Position numbers and translations under genes: made by a program | The notes under the pieces: model-generated | What the model saw: only the letters and a program-made list of their open reading frames with translations | Database searches by the model: none | What the model was told of the DNA's origin: nothing | Origin: Patescibacteria group bacterium | GTDB lineage: Bacteria; Patescibacteriota; Minisyncoccia; Phycocordibacterales; Phycocordibacteraceae | Assembly (NCBI GenBank): GCA_004322365.1 | Contig: SCTS01000006.1 | Location: 4,777-68,776, forward strand | Reading direction: 5' to 3' | DNA length: 64,000 nucleotides | Part shown: piece after piece, positions 10,164 to 19,601 of the stretch | Layout: each line of letters starts with the position of its first letter | Numbering within the stretch: the first letter of the stretch is position 1

Positions 10164-10191
10164 ACATACCCACATTTGAGTGTGGGTATGT
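10164..10191. promoter_or_regulatory. second palindrome ACATACCCACA-TTTGAG-TGTGGGTATGT between the cusA stop and csoR
   Basis: 11-bp arms with ends related to the CsoR box (TACCC..GGGTA). Could be a second operator or a T-run-less terminator of cusBA. Confidence 0.45.
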
Positions 10192-13100
10192 TACTGATCT
10201 GCCACTTTCTGAAATTTCTTCAGAATATTCTCAAGCTTCGGCATATCGTGATGCCTGAAGTGATAGAACACTGATGGTGTGAAGATGAGTGACACTATCG
10301 TTGAGCTGATAAGTCCTCCAAAAATCACAACCGCGAGTGGGTGTAGAAGCTCTTTGCCTGGCTCTTCTGCTCCGATAAGAAGTGGTACAAGCGCGAGCGC
10401 GGTGACAAGTGAGGTCATAAGAACGGGAACGACACGGTCAAGTGTTGCCTTAAGAACTATCTCCTTCGTTACTCCGTCTCTACTCTCTTTACCTACTAAG
10501 TTGAGCGTGTGACTAATAAGGATGATTCCGTTTCTCGATACGATACCCGCGAGCGATATGAATCCAACGAGGTGTGCGAGATTTATTTCGCCTCCAGTAA
10601 CCCACACTGCAACCATGCCGCCGAATATGGCTGACGGAATATTGAGCATTATCTGGAGCGCAATTGGAATTGACTTGAAGGTCTGATACAGAACCCAAAG
10701 AATAAGCAGAAGTCCTACCGCAAAGAGAATACCGAGTCGCTGGCTGTTTTCTTTCTGACTCTTATAAGTACCTTCATACGAGATGGACTGTCCCTGTGGT
10801 AGTTTTTCTTTGTCCATTGTTTGCTTAACCACCTCAACAGCACCAACAATATTTCCACCTTCATAGTTAGCGCTCACCACAAGAACGCGTTTCCCGCCTT
10901 CATGACTAAATTTATTTCGCCCAGCATCAAGGCGGAGTTCCGCTACATTGCCGAGAGACTCTACTCCATCAAAAGGAAGCGAGAGATCTCGTATGCCGTC
11001 ACTGTTGCCACGCCATGAAGGGTCATACCGAAGAACGACATCAGTACGAGCGGCACCTTCTTGAATCTGACCAATTTTGACTCCAAGAAGACCTTCTTCA
11101 AGTTCTTCTGCAACTTCGCCACTCGATACGCCGTAGTCTGCTAGCCGATTGCGGTCTGGGTAAATACGAAGTTCCGGAAGAAGCACTTCTTTTTGTACTT
11201 GTGGATTTTTTACCCCTTCTTGTTTTGCGAGCTCTGCACGAATCATATCTCCTGTCTGCTTAAGCTCGGATAGATTGTCTCCATACACTTTAACCACTAT
11301 AGGAGCACGAACTCCGGATAGTAGTTCTTCAACACGGTGAGTTATTGGCTGACCTATCGAGAAGTCTGCACCAGGGAATCTATCGACTACTTTCTGTATT
11401 TCGGCGAATAGTTTTTCGCGTTCACCTTCAAGGCCTTGCTCGAAGGTTACCTGGATCTCGCTCGTGTTTGCTCCACTGTCGTGAGGATCTGCACCCGCAC
11501 GACCAGTAATGTGTCCTGCGCGTGCGACACCATCTATTTTTCCTATCTCTTTTTCGACACGAGATGCAAAAGCATTTGACGTTCCAAGATCTGTCCCGAC
11601 AGGCATAACCACAGAGATAGTTGCGGAACCTTCATTGAACGGTGGTATGCCTTCCTTACCTGCAAGCATATACATACCAACAGTGATGAGTATTCCAACG
11701 CCTGTGGCCATCATAAGTGGGCGCACATGATCAATGCCCCACATAATGACAGGGGTCATTTTTGTTTTTATGAAGCGCACGAATTTCGTATCACCTTCAT
11801 GTCCTGTTAGATGTTTTGGTGTGAGCAATAATGCGCACAGCGCGGGGGTTATGGTCACTGACACCACGAGTGACGCGAGCAGTGCAATTAGGTATGCACT
11901 TCCAAGAGACGCCAAAAGACGACCTTCAACTCCCGGAATAAAGAATACGGGCAAGAACACTATCACCACGAGAACAGTCGCAACGACAATCGAACTCAGA
12001 ACTTCGCGAGTGCCCTCATACACAACAGACTGTATTGACTCTGTTGATCCTGATGCTTTCCATTCTCTAAGTCTTCTGAAAACATTCTCAACGCCCACGA
12101 TGGCATTGTCGACCAACTCACCGACTGCAACCGCAATGCCACCTAAAGTCATCACGTTCACAGAGAATCCCAGCAACTTGAAGACAATCAAGGTGACGAG
12201 AATGCTGAATGGAATAGATACAAGAGTGATGAAAGTCACCCTTCGATGCATCAAAAACAGCGCGAGAATAATAGCGACCACAACAACACCTTCGAGGAGC
12301 GCTTTGTAGACGTTATTAAGCCCCGCATCAATAAACCATTCTTGACGAAACAAGTCGTTCTGTAAGGTCACTCCTTCAGGAAGGGATTGCTTGATACCGT
12401 TTAATGCATCATCGACGGAAGCCGTTACCGCGAGTGTCTCCGCTTCCGGCTGTTTTGCAATACGAAGAATGACTCCGGGCTTGCCATCTATAGTTGCACT
12501 GCCACGCACTGGACTCACACCAGAAACTACTGTTCCGATGTCTGCGAGACGTACACCACGGCCATTCCATGTCGTAATGCCAATTTCTTCGATTTCGGCC
12601 ATGTCTTGGGGAGAAACAAGAATGCGAAGTGGGTATTCCTTACCACCCTGCACCAAAAGTCCGCCACTCTTGTTCGTGATTGCAGAGCCAAGCTTCTCTT
12701 CAACATCAGAGATTTTGAGACCGTAGCGTCGCATCGCCTCGGGATTAAGATTGACCTGCCACTCCTTCACATCACCGCCAAGTACGATAATATCGCTCAC
12801 ACCTGGGACGCGCAGAAGCGCTGGTCGCACTGTCCAATCGGCAAGTGTGCGCAACTCTTTACTGTCGGATGTTTCGTCACTCGAGGTAAGTCCAACCCAC
12901 ATAATCTCGCCCATGATGGAGCTCACTGGGCCGAGTACGGGGCGAACATTTGGCGGAAGATCAAGACGTGAAATCCGCTCTTGAATGATTTGTCGATTAC
13001 GATATATATCTGACCCCCAATCAAACTCCGCTTGCACAATGGCGAGTCCAAACGATGCGGTTCCGCGCACGCGTGTGACACCTGGTGCGCCAGCAACCGC

Positions 13101-13343
13101 ATTTTCAACTTGAGAGAGAATTAAACGCTCAACCTCTTCAGGCGCAAACCCCTCAGCTTCGGTAAATACCGCGACCGTTGGTTTGTTAATGTCTGGAAGC
13201 ACGTCGACTTTCATAGTCACGAAGCTCCACGTTCCAAGTAGAATGAGCGCGACAAATACTGCCACAGTCCGCCACTGATGTTTGAGAGAAAGTGAAATAA
13301 TACGATTCAACATACTATTCGTCGTGAGCATGGCCATGCCCAT
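10191..13343 (-). CDS. cusA: heavy-metal-efflux RND permease (CusA/CzcA family)
   Basis: 1050 aa, 12-TM RND architecture with two large periplasmic loops; sequence style of HME-RND. Confidence 0.85.
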   Translation of the reverse strand: MGMAMLTTNSMLNRIISLSLKHQWRTVAVFVALILLGTWSFVTMKVDVLPDINKPTVAVFTEAEGFAPEEVERLILSQVENAVAGAPGVTRVRGTASFGLAIVQAEFDWGSDIYRNRQIIQERISRLDLPPNVRPVLGPVSSIMGEIMWVGLTSSDETSDSKELRTLADWTVRPALLRVPGVSDIIVLGGDVKEWQVNLNPEAMRRYGLKISDVEEKLGSAITNKSGGLLVQGGKEYPLRILVSPQDMAEIEEIGITTWNGRGVRLADIGTVVSGVSPVRGSATIDGKPGVILRIAKQPEAETLAVTASVDDALNGIKQSLPEGVTLQNDLFRQEWFIDAGLNNVYKALLEGVVVVAIILALFLMHRRVTFITLVSIPFSILVTLIVFKLLGFSVNVMTLGGIAVAVGELVDNAIVGVENVFRRLREWKASGSTESIQSVVYEGTREVLSSIVVATVLVVIVFLPVFFIPGVEGRLLASLGSAYLIALLASLVVSVTITPALCALLLTPKHLTGHEGDTKFVRFIKTKMTPVIMWGIDHVRPLMMATGVGILITVGMYMLAGKEGIPPFNEGSATISVVMPVGTDLGTSNAFASRVEKEIGKIDGVARAGHITGRAGADPHDSGANTSEIQVTFEQGLEGEREKLFAEIQKVVDRFPGADFSIGQPITHRVEELLSGVRAPIVVKVYGDNLSELKQTGDMIRAELAKQEGVKNPQVQKEVLLPELRIYPDRNRLADYGVSSGEVAEELEEGLLGVKIGQIQEGAARTDVVLRYDPSWRGNSDGIRDLSLPFDGVESLGNVAELRLDAGRNKFSHEGGKRVLVVSANYEGGNIVGAVEVVKQTMDKEKLPQGQSISYEGTYKSQKENSQRLGILFAVGLLLILWVLYQTFKSIPIALQIMLNIPSAIFGGMVAVWVTGGEINLAHLVGFISLAGIVSRNGIILISHTLNLVGKESRDGVTKEIVLKATLDRVVPVLMTSLVTALALVPLLIGAEEPGKELLHPLAVVIFGGLISSTIVSLIFTPSVFYHFRHHDMPKLENILKKFQKVADQ

Positions 13344-15015
13344 CTCCTCCCGGAGCTGTAGCAGGTTGCTCAGTTATGGCAGCGTCCTCGATTCGCATGC
13401 CTTCAGTAATAGTGTCTGACGCTTCTCTAATGTAGGTATCGCCGAGTGTGAGACCCTCAAGTATTTCGACTGCATCTCCGAACGTCCTACCAGTTTTGAC
13501 TGCCTGAGACGTTACGAGACCTCCCTCTTTCACCATCCATACATGTGGATGATTTACTTCGTCCCAGAACACAGCATCAAATGGGACTACAATAGTTTGA
13601 CTGGTCCGCTTTTCAGGCACTATTCGCACTGATAGGTGTGCAGGCCATTCGAGCTCGCCTTCTACTCGTGCATCGGCCATGAATGCGCCGTTACCATCGA
13701 GCGCTGTACCAACTCCGATTATCGTTGCCGTGCGTACATCCTTCGCAAATCCAGGTCGAATTACTTTTACCGTCTCTCCCTTTTTCGGCACTTCGACATT
13801 GCTTGGGATTCTGAAACGAATAAGCTTATTGATTTGTACCCCTGAGCTTATAGATGCAACTGTTTTCCCTGGTTCTACAAATTCACCGATTTGCCCGAGG
13901 ATAGCAGATACATATCCGCTTTTTGGTGCAATAATCGCCGTGCCGCCGGTGATTGCTCTAGATGCCGCGCCGTATGCTGCTTGTGCCGCTTCGTATTCTG
14001 CTTCTGCGGTTAATTGATCGCGATCGAGTTCAGTATTTTTGTTTGCATTATCACGATTTCGCTCCGCGAATTCTTTTTCCTTTTCAGAAACAGTCAGAAG
14101 CGCTTCACGGTACTTTCCAACCGCCTCATTGAAGCTGGCTTGATGCTCACTGATAAGTTCTCGTAAGTCATTGAGTTCTGCTTGGGTGAATCCCTCTCCT
14201 GAAGAAATGCTTGCAGCTGCCAATTGAGTCGCAACAAGAAAGTACGCAAGACCCTCCTGTTGTGACACTGAGTCTTTTTCAAGAGCGGAAACTACTTTCG
14301 CAGTCGCCGTGAGATATTTATCACGAAGACTGGAATTTGTGACTCCGAACCACCACGGAAGAGTTGTTAAGAATGTGGCATCCTTTGAACTCAAAATATC
14401 CCTATTGTTTCCAGAAAATTCGGAGAACTCCTTAACTACCGATTGTCTTAGGACACCTTTCGCCGTTTCCCCGGCTGCTATTGCCGCTTGCTTTGCTTCA
14501 CTAATTGCTCGCTCTGCTGTGTCGTTTGTTGTGAAGATAGTAAGTTGGGTTTTGGACTGTCCGACGAAACTCTGAGTTGAAGAAAGTTTCGATTTAGCTC
14601 GCGCCACTTCTCCAGCACGCTCCGCGAGAGTGGTTGCGAGTTCCGGTGTAAGTGGCGCAGCCGATAACCGTCCGAGAACCTCTCCAGCGTTCACATATTC
14701 GCCAATAGTGACATTCCACGAAACAACAGTGCCTTGTCGTGGTGGTTGCACATCAGCGTCGTTAGGAGAAATGATTTCTCCCGGCCACGAGGCGAAGGTG
14801 GCGAATGCTTCGCTTTCTGCGCCAACAGTTTGCGTCGCAAGATTTACTTTCTGAAATTCTGTTATTGTGTTTGCCGGTTCTAAAGATGAAGGAAAGTTTA
14901 GCACTCCCAATGTAACCACAAGAACCGTAAACACTCCTGATGCTGCCTGTGTAGTTAAAGGAAGTTGCTTAAACGAACCCCATACGCCTAAGAAAGCGTT
15001 GAGTAATTTTTGCAT
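13315..15015 (-). CDS. RND membrane-fusion (periplasmic adaptor) protein, CusB-like, with C-terminal His-rich tail
   Basis: N-terminal TM, coiled-coil and lipoyl/beta-barrel regions, C-terminus GGDGHGHAHDE. Unusually long at 566 aa. Confidence 0.7.
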   Translation of the reverse strand: MQKLLNAFLGVWGSFKQLPLTTQAASGVFTVLVVTLGVLNFPSSLEPANTITEFQKVNLATQTVGAESEAFATFASWPGEIISPNDADVQPPRQGTVVSWNVTIGEYVNAGEVLGRLSAAPLTPELATTLAERAGEVARAKSKLSSTQSFVGQSKTQLTIFTTNDTAERAISEAKQAAIAAGETAKGVLRQSVVKEFSEFSGNNRDILSSKDATFLTTLPWWFGVTNSSLRDKYLTATAKVVSALEKDSVSQQEGLAYFLVATQLAAASISSGEGFTQAELNDLRELISEHQASFNEAVGKYREALLTVSEKEKEFAERNRDNANKNTELDRDQLTAEAEYEAAQAAYGAASRAITGGTAIIAPKSGYVSAILGQIGEFVEPGKTVASISSGVQINKLIRFRIPSNVEVPKKGETVKVIRPGFAKDVRTATIIGVGTALDGNGAFMADARVEGELEWPAHLSVRIVPEKRTSQTIVVPFDAVFWDEVNHPHVWMVKEGGLVTSQAVKTGRTFGDAVEILEGLTLGDTYIREASDTITEGMRIEDAAITEQPATAPGGDGHGHAHDE

Positions 15016-15029
15016 AATGGTATGTGAGA

Positions 15030-15263
15030 TTAGTCGTTATGTGGCGCTGCTCCCGTGTCATCGTGAGGTACCGCAGTAGTGTCGTTGTGTGGAGCGGTAC
15101 CAGTATCATCATGCGGTGCAATATTTACCGTTTTTTGTTGAGTTGTTGTAGTGTCGCCGGTCTTCGCGTTACCGTCTGATGCTGATTTTCCAAGAACTGT
15201 ATAACCGATAAGGCCACCAACGATAACAATGCCCGCAATAAGAATCAATACTGTTTTGTTCAT
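15030..15263 (-). CDS. small membrane-anchored protein with tandem APH(D/N)DT repeats
   Basis: N-terminal TM then four PH[DN]DT repeat units. The DNA shows the matching tandem 24-bp repeats. Immediately upstream of cusB. Confidence 0.45.
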   Translation of the reverse strand: MNKTVLILIAGIVIVGGLIGYTVLGKSASDGNAKTGDTTTTQQKTVNIAPHDDTGTAPHNDTTAVPHDDTGAAPHND

Positions 15264-15336
15264 AGTTGTTTTAGATTAGAGTCGAAAGTAATAGAAAAAA
15301 TCGTGCAAAAATATGCCACGAATTGTAACGATTCTT

Positions 15337-15717
15337 CTAAAACAGCAGTTGAGTTTTTTGTTGTAGCGGGAGACGCGGTGGGAGTTTTTCTTTCGCGAGA
15401 TGTGTGGAAATTAGATAGTCGTCAAAGTGTACAAAGCTTGAGTTGACGACGACAGATATGCAATAACCCAGACCACCAGTAGAATGCTGATTATCGTCAG
15501 AAACTGTTCGATTGCTTATTATCTGATGAAGTTCTGTTAGACACGGAGAATGGTTATCAGAGTCGGGTGCATGGGGCACTTTGTCCTGATGGGTCTGATC
15601 ATTTGCAAAAGCGACAGAGGGCGATAGGAGTGTATGTCCAAATGTGAAAAAGACGGCAGCAAGGAGCAACGCGACACCAAAAAGTTTTCTCTTCGAATCC
15701 TTACGCTTTGGAAACAT
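15337..15717 (-). CDS. hypothetical secreted His-rich protein
   Basis: Signal/TM segment then HQDKVPHAPDSDNHSP. First gene of the co-directional metal block. Confidence 0.35.
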   Translation of the reverse strand: MFPKRKDSKRKLFGVALLLAAVFFTFGHTLLSPSVAFANDQTHQDKVPHAPDSDNHSPCLTELHQIISNRTVSDDNQHSTGGLGYCISVVVNSSFVHFDDYLISTHLAKEKLPPRLPLQQKTQLLF

Positions 15718-15875
15718 GATGCTATTTTAACACATTTGTAAATTGAGGAGTACAGATGAAGATATTCAAGAATCGCACCAAAAAGAGATTTATAAAAATT
15801 AAACGTTTCTTCTGTGTTACGAGGAAAATTTAGATAGGTGCTTACTCGTGCCAGGTTTTACTCTATTATCTTTAA

Positions 15876-17012
15876 TTATTCTACCATCATTTCAATCGCA
15901 TCAGGGAATGAGTTATAGCCCTTTGCGCGCATGCTGGCACAATAGGCGCCTGTGTCATATATCCGTACCTCATCACCAATTTTCGCCTCTTTTAATGTCC
16001 GTGTCTCAATCTCTTCTGGGTTATCAGCGCCAGGAGAAAGAATATCGCCAGACTCACAATTGTGCCCCACCACTACATATTTTTTTGTAATACTACTTTC
16101 ATTCACCACCTCAATGAGGTGGCGCGAACCATACAAGGTGGCGCGTAAAAAATCATTCATCCCCGTATTAAGACGAAGAAATGTATACCCACCACTCCCT
16201 GTATCAACAATGTCATCTACAGACGCAACTAAAGTCCCTGCGTGCGCAATAAGGTATGTCCCCGGTTCAATCTCTAAAGCAATCTTCCGATTTGTTTTTT
16301 CATAAAACAACTGTAACTTTTTACCAAACATTGCCACAATTTCCACCATGTCAGCCTCCTTCTCATCACCATAGCGATGAATTTTGTATCCACCTCCAAT
16401 GTCGAGCACTGTTACATCAGGCATTTTTTCTACAACACCGAGTGATCGCTCCATTACCTCTCCCCACAGTGCAGGGTCAGTTCCTGAACCAATATGAATA
16501 TGTAGCCTGTTGATGGTTACTTGTTCTGACTGAGCAAGTGCCAGCGCTTCGTCTACATACTCATGCCAGATACCAAAGCTCGCGCTCGTACCTCCAGTGC
16601 TTGTTCTATTGTTATGGCCAGCACCGAACGCTGGGTTAATCCGTACACCAACAACAGAAGGATGATTGGAACAATCTAAAAATAGTTTCAATTGATTAAG
16701 AGATGTTGCCGTAAAGAGCACCCCTGCATTGAGTAGTACTTCAAGATTATGTGGTGACTGCTGTGAGGAAAGGGAAATTTTATTTCCTTCAATTCCTTGG
16801 TTCAATAATTCTTCTGCTTCGTAGCTTGAGCTCGCGTCAAAGTACACTCCTCTTTCATTCATCATTTTAATAATTTCAGGATGAGGATTCGCTTTTATTG
16901 CATACCGAACAGTAAGTCCATATGGTGACGACAAACTAAGAAGTAGTTTGATTGTTTTCTCTATTGCCGAGCGACCATATTCAAAACGAGGTGTGTTCAT
17001 TTTTATGCGCAA
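15876..17012 (-). CDS. PLP-dependent decarboxylase, Orn/DAP/Arg decarboxylase family 2 (diaminopimelate decarboxylase-like)
   Basis: YAIKANPHPEI (PLP-lysine region) and C-terminal GAYCASM-type motifs. 378 aa. Confidence 0.7.
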   Translation of the reverse strand: MRIKMNTPRFEYGRSAIEKTIKLLLSLSSPYGLTVRYAIKANPHPEIIKMMNERGVYFDASSSYEAEELLNQGIEGNKISLSSQQSPHNLEVLLNAGVLFTATSLNQLKLFLDCSNHPSVVGVRINPAFGAGHNNRTSTGGTSASFGIWHEYVDEALALAQSEQVTINRLHIHIGSGTDPALWGEVMERSLGVVEKMPDVTVLDIGGGYKIHRYGDEKEADMVEIVAMFGKKLQLFYEKTNRKIALEIEPGTYLIAHAGTLVASVDDIVDTGSGGYTFLRLNTGMNDFLRATLYGSRHLIEVVNESSITKKYVVVGHNCESGDILSPGADNPEEIETRTLKEAKIGDEVRIYDTGAYCASMRAKGYNSFPDAIEMMVE

Positions 17013-17385
17013 CTTTTTTGATTAGCGTCATTCTATCATTTTGCCCCCCTTTGAACGGGCATTCGCATGGCTTCTGTTTAAGTATTGCATCCTGTTCTTT
17101 GAGAGTACTAATAAATACCCTCTGAATACCAGACCCTTTTGCCAACTGTTTATTGAGAGGCGTGTGATGTTTATAACCACGACGAGTAAATTCCTTAACT
17201 AATACCTCATGCCGATTATAGAGCGCTTTTTGTTTTCCTACCCAGCGCAGTGTCTCCGGATGGCGTGAGTATCCCCCTGTGCCTTTATGTTTTGTAAGGA
17301 TATTCCAGAGTCCATGAAGCTCTCGATGTTCAGCAAGCAAATGCTTTCTGCATAAATGTTTTGGATGAATGTCCCATACACGCAT
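16981..17385 (-). CDS. pyrimidine-dimer DNA glycosylase (T4 endonuclease V / DenV family)
   Basis: N-terminus MRVWDIHPKHLCRKHLLAEHRELHGLW aligns with the DenV DQHLMAEYRELPR region. 134 aa. Confidence 0.7.
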   Translation of the reverse strand: MRVWDIHPKHLCRKHLLAEHRELHGLWNILTKHKGTGGYSRHPETLRWVGKQKALYNRHEVLVKEFTRRGYKHHTPLNKQLAKGSGIQRVFISTLKEQDAILKQKPCECPFKGGQNDRMTLIKKVAHKNEHTSF

Positions 17386-17388
17386 AGA

Positions 17389-17793
17389 TTACCTATTCAA
17401 AAATGTAATGGTTAATTGTAGAAAAGTGGCAAATATTCCCCACAGAAGATACGGGATATTGGCATACACAACCCAACGCAATTCTGGTGACGCATGCCAA
17501 ATGGCTATGAGTGCCCACACAAGCGTGCCAATGACAAGTAGGATATCAATCGATGCAAGGAGATTATTTTTGAGCCCAAACTGAATCGGCGTAAAAGCAA
17601 AGTTAAAAAAGAGATTAAGTGCAAAAGGCACAGCCACTATCCACGGATTTTGTTTAGTGAATACTTTGTAAAATACGGTTCCAAAAGTTACCGCAATAAT
17701 TGCATACAGCACCGTCCACACTAGCCCAAAGAGCCATGATGGCGGAGCCCATGTCGGCTTAATTAATTGTGAGTACCAACTGTAAGTTTCCAT
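17389..17793 (-). CDS. tspO: TspO/MBR tryptophan-rich sensory protein
   Basis: Five TM helices; W-rich N-terminus (SWYSQLIKPTWAPPSWLFGLVWTVLY) characteristic of TspO. Confidence 0.8.
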   Translation of the reverse strand: METYSWYSQLIKPTWAPPSWLFGLVWTVLYAIIAVTFGTVFYKVFTKQNPWIVAVPFALNLFFNFAFTPIQFGLKNNLLASIDILLVIGTLVWALIAIWHASPELRWVVYANIPYLLWGIFATFLQLTITFLNR

Positions 17794-17851
17794 CTATACC
17801 TCATTGTACCTCAATGACCCTCCTCGGAATCGAAACATCTATATAGACCCC

Positions 17852-19600
17852 TTACCCGAAAGTAAAAGTAAATGCTTGTAATCCAGCCCTTGGTATTACG
17901 ATACGAAGGATATGCTTTCCATACTCTGCATCTTGGATGAGTGAATAGAGAGTTTCGTCCTTAATCACCATCTTTTTGACTAATACATCATCTTTATATA
18001 TCTCAATCTCAACTCCTTTAGCTGAGCCAGCTGTCATATAGACATTTTTTGATTCATAGCTGAAGACAATACTTCCTCCGCTTTTATTTTCTGCATATTC
18101 GGGAGTCATGCTCCATGTGCCGCCAAGGTAGAGCTGATTGAAAGAGGCCTTAGAAGGAACGCTCAGCGTCTGCTCGCCAGTCTGACCAGCAGTGCCATTT
18201 GCAAGATAGTGATTACGAGATGACCCAAAATATACTTCAGGACTCTTCACCTTACTCGAGTCAACAGTTACAACCGTTGAAGGTTGTGATGTACCTGTAG
18301 ACACCGTGTCTTCCATCCCCATACGAGATGCGCGTTCTTTGAGAGCATTTTGAATTGCTTTCTCTGTTTCTTCGTACTCACCTTCACCAATATGGTCGTA
18401 AATGATATACCCATCGATATCAATAAGATATTTGCGTGGCCAGAACTGATTACCGAGCGCATTCCATGTCGAGTAATCGTTGTCGAGAACAACAGGATAT
18501 TGTATGCTAAAGCCTTTTACTGCTTTCTCAACATTGACCTGCACCTTTTCAAATGCAAATTCTGGAGTGTGAAGTCCTACTACCTCCAACCCTTGATCTT
18601 TATATTTTGTATACCACTCGTTAATGTACGGAATGGTGCGCTGACAATTGATACAGCTGTATGTCCAAATATCGAGGAGCACTACCTTTCCTCTGAGTGA
18701 TGCGAGGGTAATTGGTTTTCCCTCCGTATTAACATAGCCATCAATCGAGCTCAGTTCTGGAACCTTTTTATATTTTGCCTGTTTCTGTTCCATAGTGAGG
18801 TATCCACTCACATCCTTTTTCACAGAGCTTTCTTTCGCTGATACATCAGTTGTTCGGGCTGGAGCATTATTCTTCTCCAAAAGTTTCTGCTCTATTTTTG
18901 TGACGTCAAAAAATCCGGCATCAAGCAAAAACAGTTGAGTTTTCTTGTCGAACCCACCAATAATAGCGATGCCGACAATAAGGAAAATAACTCCAAGCGT
19001 TCGCTTAAACCATCCCTTTGGATCTGCAGCAACACCAAGTTTGTTCATTATTTTTTGACCAACAATTGACACCACCAAAAGCGAAAGACAAAGTCCTATG
19101 GTGTAGGCAAATAGGTAGAGCATCCCGAGTGCAGGGCTTACTGGGAGTACTGTGGCAAGGACAATGAAGTAAGTTGGACTACAGGTCGAGAACACGGGGC
19201 CAAGCGCACTACCTACAATGACATCGCCCCAGAAACTATTTTGTTTGTTACCTTTGCCAAGAAGAATATTAGACTTTGTGCTGAGCCTTGCAATAAACTG
19301 ACCTTCCCAAAGCGACGGGAAAAGAGTGACGAGACCGAGAAAGATGATGATGCCTCCTGAAATCCATTTCCACACATATTCCGGAATATCAATAAACAAT
19401 GTACTTGCTTTGAGTAACAGCGTGAATCCGATAACAGACACGCCGAGGGCTATGATGATAGTGAAGGCTTTCTTTTTATTGAACACTCCTACACCTCCAT
19501 TTGAAAGCGAGCCGCCAATAATGACAGGAAGCAACGGCAAGATACACGGCGCAAGCACCGTCAAAGCTCCCGCAATAAATGAGATGAGGAGGAGAATCAT
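17852..19600 (-). CDS. CcdA/DsbD-type membrane thiol-disulfide transporter fused to TlpA-like thioredoxin domain plus a C-terminal domain of unknown function
   Basis: N-terminal 6-TM region with the two conserved Cys (APC.., STCSP), periplasmic thioredoxin CxxC (WTYSCINCQ), and a further 150-aa domain of unknown function. Confidence 0.75.
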   Translation of the reverse strand: MILLLISFIAGALTVLAPCILPLLPVIIGGSLSNGGVGVFNKKKAFTIIIALGVSVIGFTLLLKASTLFIDIPEYVWKWISGGIIIFLGLVTLFPSLWEGQFIARLSTKSNILLGKGNKQNSFWGDVIVGSALGPVFSTCSPTYFIVLATVLPVSPALGMLYLFAYTIGLCLSLLVVSIVGQKIMNKLGVAADPKGWFKRTLGVIFLIVGIAIIGGFDKKTQLFLLDAGFFDVTKIEQKLLEKNNAPARTTDVSAKESSVKKDVSGYLTMEQKQAKYKKVPELSSIDGYVNTEGKPITLASLRGKVVLLDIWTYSCINCQRTIPYINEWYTKYKDQGLEVVGLHTPEFAFEKVQVNVEKAVKGFSIQYPVVLDNDYSTWNALGNQFWPRKYLIDIDGYIIYDHIGEGEYEETEKAIQNALKERASRMGMEDTVSTGTSQPSTVVTVDSSKVKSPEVYFGSSRNHYLANGTAGQTGEQTLSVPSKASFNQLYLGGTWSMTPEYAENKSGGSIVFSYESKNVYMTAGSAKGVEIEIYKDDVLVKKMVIKDETLYSLIQDAEYGKHILRIVIPRAGLQAFTFTFG

Positions 19601-19601
19601 G

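Noticed and set aside
10279-12984. Multiple plus-strand ORFs inside cusA (for example 11734-12309, 12391-12726, 12606-12971)
   Set aside because: Antisense to a 1050-aa RND gene with clear family signature; Ser/Thr/Pro-rich low-complexity translations typical of antisense frames.
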